A stretch of DNA of 64,000 bases from Alphaproteobacteria bacterium. Its GTDB lineage: Bacteria > Pseudomonadota > Alphaproteobacteria > UBA828. The stretch is from assembly GCA_965220745.1 (NCBI GenBank), contig CBDCQT010000003.1, positions 1-64,000 of the forward strand, written 5' to 3'. Every line of letters starts with the position of its first letter. Within the stretch, counting starts at the first letter, position 1. The notes beneath the pieces were generated by a model. It did no database searches and was not told where the DNA came from. It saw only the letters and a list, made by a program, of their open reading frames with translations. The position numbers were made by a program, and so were the translations under genes. Below are positions 30,633 to 40,079 of the stretch, piece after piece.

Positions 30633-31547
30633 GTGCAAGCGGTCGTTCAGAACATCATCGACGCTCTGAGCCTGGGGAGTCTGTTCGCGCTCACCTCCCT
30701 CGGCATCGGGCTGATCTTCGGCATCATGCGCCTGATCAACTTCGCCCATGGCGACTTGATCATGATTGGCGCTTACGCCCTGATCGTGCCGTCCGCCGCC
30801 GTGGCGCCGCAGCTCTTCATCGGCGCCTGGCACCCGGCGGCGGTGGTGGCGGCGATCATTCTCATCGTCATCATCTTCGCCGTCGCCTGCGAACGGCTGG
30901 CGTTCAGGCCGCTCCGCGATGCCGACCCCTCGGTGCTGCTGATCGCCTCCTTCGCGCTCAGCTTCTTTCTCCAGAACCTGGTGTTGCTCATCTATGAGGG
31001 CCGGCCCAAGGGTGTGGATCTCTGGCCGGTGCTGACCGATCCTTTCCTGCTCGGCGACATTCGCCTGCCGCGCCTGCAAATCGTGATGATCGCTGCGACC
31101 GCGGCGCTGCTGCTGCTGCTCGTCGCATTCCTCAAGCGCACGGCGATCGGGCGCCAGATGCGGGCTGCGTCCGAGGACTTCATGATGGCACGCTTCCTGG
31201 GTGTGCGCGCCAACCGGGTGATCGCCGCGGCCTTCGCGATCTCGGGTCTTCTCGCGGCCGTGGTCTCGCTGCTCTTCGTCGTGCAGAACGGCGTGCTGAA
31301 GTTCGACATGGGCGTGCCGCTGGTGCTCGCCGCGTTCGTCGGCACCGTCGTCGGCGGCATGGGCAGCCTGACGGGCGCGGTGGTCGGCGGCTTCGTGGTG
31401 GGTGTCGCCAGCGTCTTCTTCCAGATCGTGCTGCCGCTCGAGATGCGGCTCAACCGGGATGCCTGGGTCTACGGGCTCATCCTGGTCATCCTCCTGCTCA
31501 GGCCCGGCGGCATCGTCAAGGTGAAGGCGGTCGAGGAACGGATCTGA
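30633..31547 (+). CDS. Liv-type ABC permease (LivH-like)
   Basis: GLIFGIMRLINFAHG, GRQMRA, VVGGMGSL.GA, LRPGG. Confidence 0.9.
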   Translation: MQAVVQNIIDALSLGSLFALTSLGIGLIFGIMRLINFAHGDLIMIGAYALIVPSAAVAPQLFIGAWHPAAVVAAIILIVIIFAVACERLAFRPLRDADPSVLLIASFALSFFLQNLVLLIYEGRPKGVDLWPVLTDPFLLGDIRLPRLQIVMIAATAALLLLLVAFLKRTAIGRQMRAASEDFMMARFLGVRANRVIAAAFAISGLLAAVVSLLFVVQNGVLKFDMGVPLVLAAFVGTVVGGMGSLTGAVVGGFVVGVASVFFQIVLPLEMRLNRDAWVYGLILVILLLRPGGIVKVKAVEERI

Positions 31548-31549
31548 CC

Positions 31550-33355
31550 GTGCTTCGTGAAATCCGCCCCGCTGCTGTTGGTCGTTACCTGTGGGAGCCC
31601 GGGACTCTCGGCTTGGGCCTCCTTGTGCTCTCCCTGATCATTTGGGGGACCGGCGACAAGGTCATCGAGCGCACGCTCACGGTCGCGCTCATCAACACCG
31701 TCATGGTGATCGGCCTCTACATCTTCATCGGCAATTCCGGTGTGCTGGCCTTCGGCCACATGGCTTTCGCGCTGATCGGCGCCTATGCGGTCGCCTGGTT
31801 CACCATGTCGCCGTTCAAGAAGAGTTTTGCGCTCGACCTCCCCACATTCCTGGCCGAGAACACGCTGCCGCTGCTGCCGTCGGCGATCATCTCCTCGCTG
31901 CTGGCTGCGCTCGTCGCTCTCGTCGTCGGCATCCCATTGATGCGATTGAGCGGCATCGCCGCCAGCATCGGCACCTTCGCGGTGCTGATGATCTTCTACA
32001 CGCTCTACTCCAACTGGGATTCCTGGACCTTCGGCGCGAGCACGCTGGTGGGCATTCCCATCTACGTCAACTTCTGGGTGGCGCTCGCTTGGGCCGGGGT
32101 CGCACTGCTGGTCGCCACGATCTATCAAAAGTCCCGCTTCGGCCTGGCACTCCGCGCCTCGCGCGAAAACGAGGCGGCGGCGCGCGCGGTCGGCATCAAC
32201 GTGCCCACCCAGCGGCTCATCGCCTTCGTGCTGAGCGGGTTCTTCATGGGACTGGGCGGGGTGCTGCAGGCCCACTACGTGGGCTCCATCGTGGTGCGCG
32301 GCTTCTGGCTGGGCCCCACCTTCATCGCGCTGGCCATGCTGATGATCGGCGGCCAGCGGAGCCTCACCGGCGCCGTGGTGGGCGTGATCGTGGTCTCGGC
32401 CCTGCAGGAGGTGCTGCGCCAGATCGAGGTCGTCATCGAGCAATACGGGCTGAGCCAGCTCGTCATCGCGCTCCTGATGCTGACCATCCTCATCCTCCGC
32501 CCGCGCGGCATCGCGAAGGGGCGGGAAATCCCCTGGCCCTTCGCCCGCCAGGCCGCGGCGACACCGGTGCGAAAGGAAGCAGCAGCGGTGCCCGCGATCG
32601 TGGCGGCGGGCGGCGACGTGGAGGAGCGGCTGGAGGCGCACGACATCTCGGTCAACTTCGAGGGCCTGGCGGCCGTCGACGAAGTCACGGTGTCGATGGG
32701 CCGGCACGAGATATTCGGGCTGATCGGACCCAACGGCGCCGGCAAGACGACGCTGGTGAACGTGCTGACCGGCTTCCAGAAACCGACGCATGGCAGGGTC
32801 GTGCTCGCCGGCGTCGACGTTACCGGCATGCCGCCGCACCGGATCGGCCGCCGCGGGCTCGCACGGACCTTCCAGGCGGTGCGGCTCTACCCCGACATGC
32901 TGGTGATCGAGAACCTGGAGGCCGCCGCTGTCGGCACCGGCCTCAGCCGGCGCGAGGCGTCGCGGCGCGCACGCGCCATCCTGGAGTGGATGAACTTCAC
33001 GGATAAGGCCTACGATCACGCGGATACCTTGCCCTACGGCGACGAGCGCCGGGTCGGCATCGGCCGCGCGCTGGCGATGGCGCCGCATTTCGTTCTGCTG
33101 GACGAGCCCGCCGCCGGTATGAGTGACGCCGAGTGCGACGACCTGATGGCGCTGATCTCGCGCATTCCCGGCGATTTCGGCTGCGGCGTATTGTTGATCG
33201 AGCACAATATGCGCGTGATCATGGGAGTCTGCGATCGCATCCACGTGATCGATAGCGGGCGGACCATCGGCGAAGGGACGCCGCAGGAGATTCAGGCCAA
33301 TCCTGAAGTGATCCGCGCCTACCTCGGCACGCGGTCGGAGCGGGACGATGCTTGA
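31550..33355 (+). CDS. Fused LivM-like permease and LivG-like ATPase
   Basis: TM domain with GLALRASRENE, then GLIGPNGAGKTT, LLDEPAAG, IEHNM, AYLG. Confidence 0.9.
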   Translation: MLREIRPAAVGRYLWEPGTLGLGLLVLSLIIWGTGDKVIERTLTVALINTVMVIGLYIFIGNSGVLAFGHMAFALIGAYAVAWFTMSPFKKSFALDLPTFLAENTLPLLPSAIISSLLAALVALVVGIPLMRLSGIAASIGTFAVLMIFYTLYSNWDSWTFGASTLVGIPIYVNFWVALAWAGVALLVATIYQKSRFGLALRASRENEAAARAVGINVPTQRLIAFVLSGFFMGLGGVLQAHYVGSIVVRGFWLGPTFIALAMLMIGGQRSLTGAVVGVIVVSALQEVLRQIEVVIEQYGLSQLVIALLMLTILILRPRGIAKGREIPWPFARQAAATPVRKEAAAVPAIVAAGGDVEERLEAHDISVNFEGLAAVDEVTVSMGRHEIFGLIGPNGAGKTTLVNVLTGFQKPTHGRVVLAGVDVTGMPPHRIGRRGLARTFQAVRLYPDMLVIENLEAAAVGTGLSRREASRRARAILEWMNFTDKAYDHADTLPYGDERRVGIGRALAMAPHFVLLDEPAAGMSDAECDDLMALISRIPGDFGCGVLLIEHNMRVIMGVCDRIHVIDSGRTIGEGTPQEIQANPEVIRAYLGTRSERDDA

Positions 33356-34082
33356 GGTCGACAACATCAGCGTGAGTTACGGCCGCATCCCGGCGGTGCG
33401 GGGCGTCAGCCTCACCGTGGACGAGGGCGAGATCGTGACCCTGGTCGGGCCGAACGGCGCGGGCAAGTCGACTACGCTCATGACCATCGCGGGCGCGCTG
33501 ACCCCTACCGAGGGCACCGTGCGGCTCAATGACGAGGTGATCGTGGGCAAGGGGCCGGAGAACATCGCGCGCCTCGGGGTCTCCTTTGTACCCGAGGGGC
33601 GCCATGTCTTCACCCGGCTCACGGTGGAGGAGAACATCCGCCTCGGCACCGACATGCGCTCCGACAAGAAGCAGATCGAGGAGGACTTCGAGCGCGTGCT
33701 GGACTACTTCCCCTTCATGCGCGATCGCTTGTCGACGCCGGGCGGCAAGCTCTCGGGCGGGGAGCAGCAGCAGCTCGTGATCGGACGCGCGCTGATGACG
33801 GCGCCCAAGATCATCCTGGTGGACGAGCCCTCGCTCGGCCTCGGCCCGCTCATCGTCGACAGGGTTTACGAGATTCTACAGTCCCTGCGCGAGGCCGGGA
33901 ACACGCTGCTGGTGGTGGAGCAGAGCACCCACCGCGCGCTGGAGAATGCCGACCGGGTCTACGTGCTGCGGAGCGGACAGATCGAGCTCACGGGGCGGAG
34001 CAACGAGCTCACCGACGAGGAGCTGGAGCGCGCTTACTTCGGCTTCGAAGAGGCCGCCGAGCGTGAGGACGTGCATTTCTAG
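33348..34082 (+). CDS. LivF-like ABC ATPase
   Basis: GPNGAGKST, VPEGR, LSGGEQQ, DEPSLGL. Confidence 0.92.
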   Translation: MLEVDNISVSYGRIPAVRGVSLTVDEGEIVTLVGPNGAGKSTTLMTIAGALTPTEGTVRLNDEVIVGKGPENIARLGVSFVPEGRHVFTRLTVEENIRLGTDMRSDKKQIEEDFERVLDYFPFMRDRLSTPGGKLSGGEQQQLVIGRALMTAPKIILVDEPSLGLGPLIVDRVYEILQSLREAGNTLLVVEQSTHRALENADRVYVLRSGQIELTGRSNELTDEELERAYFGFEEAAEREDVHF

Positions 34083-34114
34083 AGCGTTTCCGCTTTACGC
34101 TGAAACGCTCTAGA
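34078..34114. repeat. Inverted repeat TCTAGAGCGTTTC...GAAACGCTCTAGA overlapping the livF stop
   Basis: Perfect 13-bp stem of the TAGAGC...GCTCTA palindrome type seen in Alphaproteobacteria; may also terminate transcription. Confidence 0.65.
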
Positions 34115-34349
34115 AATTTATTGCTCACGGCAGCCGGCCCACGGCCGGCGCCTCCGCGTCGCGCGTCCACGCGCGCGTGCGCGCGATGGCGCCGCAGGAG
34201 CGGCGGGCCGCAGTCGTGGCCTGTCGCGCGTCCGTCAAAGACGGACTCGCTCTGAGGGAGGCGAAACCCCTGCCAAGGGCCCCGGCGGTCGCCTCTCGTC
34301 TCTCAGGCTCCTCGACCAGCCCGGCGAGCCGGACGCATCGTAGTTCAGG

Positions 34350-35063
34350 CTAGGGCGCGGGCCGGGCACCGAAGATCGCGGTGCCGATCCTGACGTGGGT
34401 GGCGCCAAGCGCGATCGCGATGCGGTAATCGGCCGACATGCCCATGCTGAGCTTGCGGAGCCCGTGGCGTGCGGCCAGCTCCCTTAGCAATGTGAAGTGG
34501 AGGGCAGGGTCCTCGGCGGCAGGCGGGATGCACATGAGCCCAACTACGGGCAGCATCAGGTCGTCCCGGCACTGCGCGAGTAGCGTATCGAGGCCGTCCG
34601 GCAGCACGCCGGCCTTCTGCGGCTCTGCGCCGGTGTTGACCTGGATGAAGCAGTGCGGGCGCTTCCCCTGGCGGTCCATCTCGCGGGCGAGCGCTGCAGC
34701 CAGCTTCAGCCGGTCGATGGCGTGGATGGCGTCGGCGACCGCCACGGCGTCCCGCGCCTTGTTGGTCTGCAGCGCGCCGATGTAGTGAAGCACCGCACTG
34801 GGCCACTCGGCGCGGAGCGTCTGCCACTTCCGGCTCGCCTCCTGCATCCTGTTCTCGCCATAGGTGGTATGGCCGGCGGCGAGCGCGGGCAGGATGCGGC
34901 TTGGGGGGTGTCCCTTGGAGACCGCGATCAGCGTAATCTCGCCCGCGTCGCGTCCGGCAGCGCGCGCCGCGTCCTGGACCTCGGCGATAACGGCGGCCAG
35001 ATTGGCCGCGACATCGACGGCCTGCGGGCCGTCTTCGACGGAAGCGGGAGATGCGTGGGCCAT
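34350..35063 (-). CDS. yggS: PLP homeostasis protein YggS
   Basis: LIAVSK, GENRMQE, IGALQTNK, QVNTGAEPQKAG, GLMCIPP, SMGMS.D, VRIGTAIFG. Confidence 0.94.
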   Translation of the reverse strand: MAHASPASVEDGPQAVDVAANLAAVIAEVQDAARAAGRDAGEITLIAVSKGHPPSRILPALAAGHTTYGENRMQEASRKWQTLRAEWPSAVLHYIGALQTNKARDAVAVADAIHAIDRLKLAAALAREMDRQGKRPHCFIQVNTGAEPQKAGVLPDGLDTLLAQCRDDLMLPVVGLMCIPPAAEDPALHFTLLRELAARHGLRKLSMGMSADYRIAIALGATHVRIGTAIFGARPAP

Positions 35064-35085
35064 GGGCGCCTGAGTTGAGCGAGCG

Positions 35086-35697
35086 ATGGGAACGCTAGCA
35101 GAGGCGGCGGCCGGTCTCAAACAAGCGGCGGGGAGCACCTTGCCCGCGCTCATCCTGATGACCGACGAGGCGCGGCTCGCCGATCCGCTCCCGGCAGCTC
35201 GCGCGCTGCCGGCGGGGAGCGCCATCATCCTCCGCCACTATGGCGTATCGGAGCGCGCGGCGCTCGCCCGCCAATTGGCCGCCATCGCGCGCCGGCGCGG
35301 GCTGGTTCTGCTGGTAGGGGAGGATCCAGTGCTCGCGCGGCGTGTCGGCGCGGCAGGCGTCCATCTGCCGGAGCGCGCGATTCGCCGGGCTGGTGCGGTG
35401 CGCTGGCAGCGGGAATGGCTGGTCACCGCCGCCGTCCATTCCCCTGCGGCGTTGCGCACGGCTGCGGCTTGCGGCGCGGACGCGGCCCTGCTCGCCCCGG
35501 TCTTCACCACCGCGAGCCACCCGGATGCCCGCGCCCTCGGCCTCCACCGCTTCGCGGCTCTCGCGCAGGCGAGCCCGATCCCGGTCTATGCCCTCGGCGG
35601 TATCGACGGCGCCCGTGCGCGCCTGTTGCGGGGCAGCGGGGCAGTCGGAATCGCCGGCATCGGCGGACTCATCCTGCAGGTCATGCCTCGCTCGTGA
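35086..35697 (+). CDS. Thiamine-phosphate synthase/TenI-like protein
   Basis: LMTDEAR, GVHLPE, PVFTTASHP, VYALGGI; divergent from yggS. Confidence 0.8.
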   Translation: MGTLAEAAAGLKQAAGSTLPALILMTDEARLADPLPAARALPAGSAIILRHYGVSERAALARQLAAIARRRGLVLLVGEDPVLARRVGAAGVHLPERAIRRAGAVRWQREWLVTAAVHSPAALRTAAACGADAALLAPVFTTASHPDARALGLHRFAALAQASPIPVYALGGIDGARARLLRGSGAVGIAGIGGLILQVMPRS

Positions 35698-35728
35698 GCG
35701 CCACGTTCCGCTCGAGACAGACGATTAG

Positions 35729-35877
35729 GGAAGGTCTGAATAAGTGCCTCCTGCATTTCTCAGACGCGCAAGGCGGAAGCGCGCTTTCCGCTTTGCTCAC
35801 ATTTTCAGTGACTTACAGCCACCGAAAATGGTGGCACATCCCTGTGCCACGGGAACCCCTGATAAATCAGAGGTTCC
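35729..35877. mobile_element. IS5-type miniature non-autonomous element or remnant
   Basis: Ends GGAAGGTCTGAATAAG and ATAAATCAGAGGTTCC resemble IS5 terminal IRs; flanked by TTAG/CTAG; no transposase. Confidence 0.5.
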
Positions 35878-36074
35878 CTAGTTCTCACCGAGAGTTCGGG
35901 TCGTTCTGGCGCTCGATAAACGCCTACATCTCCGCAAACTTGCATCCGGAATCGGAATGCGCCGCGGAGAACGGCACACGATCGAAAAGACGTTGCGACA
36001 GCGCCAATCCATTACGTCTGAGAAATAGTCGAGCAACCAGTGACCTGCCCCCGTCGACTGGTCCAAGTCGAATG

Positions 36075-36971
36075 TTAGTGCATTGCGGGTTTGCCGGCCA
36101 AGCTGGGTGACCGGCGGAGCGTAGCGGAGCCGGGCGGCCAGCTTGGCATGATGATCGTCTCCGGGGCCGGCGGCCGGTATCCCAGGCTGCTGTGTGGGCG
36201 CACGGCGTTGTAATGGCACCGCCACGATTCGATGAGAACCTGGGCTTCCTTCAGGGTGTAGAAGATCTCCCCGTTCAGGAGCTCGTCGCGCAGCCGCGCA
36301 TTGAAGCTCTCGATGTAGCCGTTCTCCCAGGGTGAGCCCGGCTCGATGAAGGCGGTGCGGGCGCTGACCGCAGCGATCCACCGCCTGACGGCCTCGGCGA
36401 CGAACTCCGGACCGTTGTCGGAACGGATCCAGGTCGGAATGCCGCGCAGGATGAACAGGTCGGTCAGCACATCGATGACGTCGATCGAGGAAAGCCTCCT
36501 GCGCACCCGGATGACCAGGCTCTCGCGGGTGAACTCGTCCAGGACGTTGAGCATGCGGAAGGCCCTGCCGTCATACGTCCGGTGATGGACGAAGTCGTAG
36601 GACCAGACGTGATCCGCCCTCTCGGCGCGCAGCCGGATGCAGGAGCCGTCATTGAGCCAAAGCCGGCCCCGCTTCGGTTGCTTGCCGGGCACCTTCAGCC
36701 CCTCGCGCCGCCACAAGCGCTCGATCCGCTTGTCGTTGACCTGCCAGCCGGCATCGCGAAGCAGGGCCGCGATGCGGCGATAGCCGTAACGGCCGTACTG
36801 GCGGGCCAGCTCGATCATGTACGCGACCAGGCGGTCCTCGTCGTCGCGGCCGCGCGGGATGCGGCGCTGGGTCGAGCGGTGCTGCCCCAGCACCCGGCAA
36901 GCGCGGCGTTCCGAGACCCCGAGCCGGTCACAGACATGATCGATGCACTGGCGCCGGCGCGAGGGGCTTAG
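36075..36971 (-). CDS. IS3 transposase OrfB (DDE domain), expressed via -1 frameshift
   Basis: YGYRRI, WSYDF, IRSDNGPEF, PGSPWENGYIESFN, RPHSSLGY. Confidence 0.93.
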   Translation of the reverse strand, partial: LSPSRRRQCIDHVCDRLGVSERRACRVLGQHRSTQRRIPRGRDDEDRLVAYMIELARQYGRYGYRRIAALLRDAGWQVNDKRIERLWRREGLKVPGKQPKRGRLWLNDGSCIRLRAERADHVWSYDFVHHRTYDGRAFRMLNVLDEFTRESLVIRVRRRLSSIDVIDVLTDLFILRGIPTWIRSDNGPEFVAEAVRRWIAAVSARTAFIEPGSPWENGYIESFNARLRDELLNGEIFYTLKEAQVLIESWRCHYNAVRPHSSLGYRPPAPETIIMPSWPPGSATLRRSPSLAGKPAMH

Positions 36972-37246
36972 AAGTTTCCCCCTGCGGCCTCTTTGAGAAT
37001 CTGCTTGTCCAGCGTCAGATCGGAGACCGCACGGCGCAGCCGCTCGTTCTCCTTCTCGAGCTCCTTCAAACGGCGGAGCTGATCGCCGCTCATCCCGGCA
37101 TACTCCTTGCGCCAGCGGTAGAAGGTAACCTCGCTGATCCCAAGCTCGCGGATCGCGTCCGCCATCGACATGCCCTGGCCGTTCAGAACCTCAGCCCGCC
37201 GCAGCAGGTTCACGATTTCCTCAGGCTTGTAACGCTTCCTTGCCAT
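36968..37246 (-). CDS. IS3 transposase OrfA (HTH)
   Basis: MARKRYKPEEIV...GISEVTFYRWRKEY...LKELEKENERLRRAV; ends with slippery GGGAAAC. Confidence 0.93.
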   Translation of the reverse strand: MARKRYKPEEIVNLLRRAEVLNGQGMSMADAIRELGISEVTFYRWRKEYAGMSGDQLRRLKELEKENERLRRAVSDLTLDKQILKEAAGGNF

Positions 37247-37412
37247 CGTCGGTCCTCCTCTTTCCATAACCTAAGGGTGGACCAATCCGATGGGGGAGGA
37301 TCACCAGTGCGGCACCAGCCGCTCAAGGGTAGCGCGGCCCTAACGGACAATGTTGACGCTCTCGAACTTAAGGGCGTCGAGATACGCGACTTTGCTGGGT
37401 CTGGCCGGTTCC

Positions 37413-38291
37413 TCACCGGCGCTCATCGGCTAGCTTCGGTCCTGGTTGCAGACTTTCGTACCCAGCCGGTACATAGCCGAAGCGCTCCATCTGGGTACGG
37501 TGTTGTTCCACCACGCGGCGGACCTGTTTGTCGTCGAGAACAGCGCGCCAGCCATCCACTTTGCCGGCGCGGAAGAATCGCTGCTGCTTCGAGCCGCCCT
37601 CTATAAAACCCGAGCGATCCTCTTGTGCGCGCAAGGCCCGGAAGGACGAGTGACGGATGGCTCGATCGATGCGTTCGCGCGGTGGCTTGAGGCCGAGAAA
37701 GCCAGCGATCGCGCGAAAAGTCGGGCCGGGACGGCGTTTCATGTCCTCGTAGCGCACGACGTGGAGCGCAGGATGGGATCTGCCGGTCCAGCTCTCGACA
37801 TGGGTGGACCAGTCGCAGCGATGTTCGGGCACATTGGTCTCTGTTGCGGGCGTTGTGTGTCCAACAATTCCCATCTCGGTAATGATGTCTTCCACTGGAC
37901 GGTCGACGTGATGAGCATAGGAGAGAGCCACGTCGAGGGGATTGCGTATGATGTAAATCGCGCCTGCGGTGACGCTTTGGGTAATCATGGGCGCGCCGTC
38001 CACCTCAACAAATGCGTTGTGGGTCTTGACCAAGGCGGTATCCGGCACGCACTCGGCGAGGAACGCGTGCACCTTGGGCCTGAAGCGCGCGAGATCGGCC
38101 GCACTCAGGTCTTCGGGTGCGCGCGGGTCAAAACTTCGGTACCAAGTCGCATCGCTGTCGACGGGTGAAAATTCCGACAGGCGGTTGATGTCAAACGGCG
38201 TGCGCGGATTGTGTAAGAGGTTAAGGAGGAAGGCGCGTAGCCAAGTGTTGCCCGACTTCGGGTAGGACGCGAGCCAGAGGATCTTGCTCAT
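37413..38291 (-). CDS. PAPS-dependent sulfotransferase
   Basis: WLASYPKSGNTW 5'-PSB loop, KTH, IRNPLDVALSY, RYED, FFRAG.VDGW. Confidence 0.9.
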   Translation of the reverse strand: MSKILWLASYPKSGNTWLRAFLLNLLHNPRTPFDINRLSEFSPVDSDATWYRSFDPRAPEDLSAADLARFRPKVHAFLAECVPDTALVKTHNAFVEVDGAPMITQSVTAGAIYIIRNPLDVALSYAHHVDRPVEDIITEMGIVGHTTPATETNVPEHRCDWSTHVESWTGRSHPALHVVRYEDMKRRPGPTFRAIAGFLGLKPPRERIDRAIRHSSFRALRAQEDRSGFIEGGSKQQRFFRAGKVDGWRAVLDDKQVRRVVEQHRTQMERFGYVPAGYESLQPGPKLADERR

Positions 38292-38378
38292 CTTGCCCGC
38301 TCCCGTATCTTGAATTTCGACCTGAAGGAAACGGGCTTATCGGTCGCGCTGGCTGCACAAGGAGAGGGAGTGGACGTC

Positions 38379-39596
38379 CTAAAGCGACGGGGCGCCGCCT
38401 TCGAGGGGGATGATCTCCACCGCGGTGCCGCGCGCGGCCGCAGGCGCGTGGGGCGGGCGGACGACGAGACACTGCGCCTTCACCAGCAGCGAGAGCATCG
38501 AGCTGTCCTGCTTCGCGAACGGCGTGGCGATGAGCGCGCCGCTCTCGTCGCGCGTGAGCGTCGCGCGTAGGTAGTCTTCCCGCTCGTCGTTCTCCCCGAC
38601 ATCGGCGCCGAGGCTCGCCTGCTGAACCATCGGATGGGCGCTCTCGTCGGTGCCGAGCATCCGTGCCATCGCCGGCCTGAGGAAGATCAGCGCGCAGACG
38701 AGGGACGAGACCGGGTTGCCGGGCAGGCCGAGCAGGCGGGTGCCGCCGACGGTGCCGAACATCAGCGGCTTGCCGGGTCGCATGGCAATCTTCCAGAAAT
38801 CGAGCGCGAGCCCTTCGTCCTTGAGCGCGTCGCGGATCAGGTCGTGCTCGCCCACCGAGGCGCCCCCGGTGGTGACCAGCAGGTCCGCGCCGCCTGCACC
38901 GGCGGCATGGCGCACGAGGGACTCCGGGTCGTCGCGGGCGATGCCGAGGTCGATGGCCTCGCCGCCGCAGCCTTCCACCACGGCCCTGAGCGCGTGCGTG
39001 TTGGAGCTCACGATCTGGTTGGCGCCCAGCGGCTCGCCGGGCATGACGATCTCGTCGCCGGTGGCGAGCAGCGCGATGCGCGGCTTGCGGCGGACCGTGA
39101 GCCACGGCTGGTTCATGGCGGCGGCGAGGCCGATGGCGCGCGCATCCAGCCGCCGGCCTGCCGGGACGCCCACTTCGCCCGCACGAAAGTCGAGCCCGGC
39201 TGGGCGGATGTAGCGGCCCCCCGGCGCGCCCGCGCGTACGGCGATGGCATCGCCGTCGGCCTCGGTGTTCTCCTGGATTACGATGGTGTCGGCGCCGTCG
39301 GGCACCGGGGCGCCTGTAAAGATTCGCACGGTCTCGCCGGGCCCGACCGTGCCCTCGAATCGCGCGCCGGCCGGAACGCTGCCGATCTGGCGCAGCGTGG
39401 TGGGCGGATCCGCGACATCGGCAGCCCGCGCCGCGTAGCCGTCCATCGCCGAAACGGCGAAGGGCGGCTGCGTGAGGCGGGCAACGACATCAGCCGCCAG
39501 CACGCGGCCGTGGGCCGCGGCCAAGGGAACGGTCTCCGCCGGCAGCGGCGAGAAGGCGGCGGTGATGCGGGCGACGGCCTCTGCGACCGGGATCAT
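38379..39596 (-). CDS. moeA: Molybdopterin molybdotransferase
   Basis: SAMDGYA, RIFTGA, TGDE, GGASVG, MRPGKP, GLPGNPVS. Confidence 0.95.
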   Translation of the reverse strand: MIPVAEAVARITAAFSPLPAETVPLAAAHGRVLAADVVARLTQPPFAVSAMDGYAARAADVADPPTTLRQIGSVPAGARFEGTVGPGETVRIFTGAPVPDGADTIVIQENTEADGDAIAVRAGAPGGRYIRPAGLDFRAGEVGVPAGRRLDARAIGLAAAMNQPWLTVRRKPRIALLATGDEIVMPGEPLGANQIVSSNTHALRAVVEGCGGEAIDLGIARDDPESLVRHAAGAGGADLLVTTGGASVGEHDLIRDALKDEGLALDFWKIAMRPGKPLMFGTVGGTRLLGLPGNPVSSLVCALIFLRPAMARMLGTDESAHPMVQQASLGADVGENDEREDYLRATLTRDESGALIATPFAKQDSSMLSLLVKAQCLVVRPPHAPAAARGTAVEIIPLEGGAPSL

Positions 39597-39599
39597 CGG

Positions 39600-40076
39600 T
39601 CAGGGCGCCTTGAATTCGCCGGACCGGCCGCCCGCCTTGTGGGTGAGCCGCACGTCGGTGATGCGCATGCCGCGATCGGCGGCCTTGCACATGTCGTAGA
39701 CGGTGAGCGCGGCGACGCTCGCGGCGGTCAGCGCCTCCATCTCGACCCCGGTGCGCGCGGTGATGCGGCAGCTTGCCTCGATGTCGATGGCACCCGCTGC
39801 TTCGTCGCAGGCGAGCGTCACGTCGACGGCGCTGAGCGCGAGCGGGTGGCAGAGCGGGATCAGATCGGCGGTCCGCTTGGCGGCCATGATGCCGGCGAGG
39901 CGGGCGACGCCCAGCACGTCGCCTTTGGCGACGCCGCCTTCCGCGATCAGGCGCACGGTCTCGGGCTTCATCAGCACCCGCGCCCGCGCCGTCGCCCGGC
40001 GCTGGGTGACCTCCTTCTCGGTCACGTCCACCATGCGCGCCTTGCCTTCTTCGTCGATGTGCGTGAGCCGCGCCAT
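39600..40076 (-). CDS. moaC: Cyclic pyranopterin monophosphate synthase
   Basis: [32 protein letters not shown]. Confidence 0.97.
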   Translation of the reverse strand: MARLTHIDEEGKARMVDVTEKEVTQRRATARARVLMKPETVRLIAEGGVAKGDVLGVARLAGIMAAKRTADLIPLCHPLALSAVDVTLACDEAAGAIDIEASCRITARTGVEMEALTAASVAALTVYDMCKAADRGMRITDVRLTHKAGGRSGEFKAP

Positions 40077-40079
40077 GGC

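Larger units (their letters stand above)
36041..37303 (-). mobile_element. Intact IS3-family insertion sequence (1263 bp)
   Basis: TIRs TGACCTGCCCCCGTCGACTGGTCCA / TGATCCTCCCCCATCGGATTGGTCCA; 4-bp CCAG target duplication at 36037-36040 and 37304-37307. Confidence 0.95.

Noticed and set aside
34188-34312. Glycine riboswitch-like fragments (CGCCGCAGGAGC, CTCTCAGG)
   Set aside because: The upstream GGAGA element and spacing do not fit, and there is no same-strand gene downstream. Kept only as a generic structured region.
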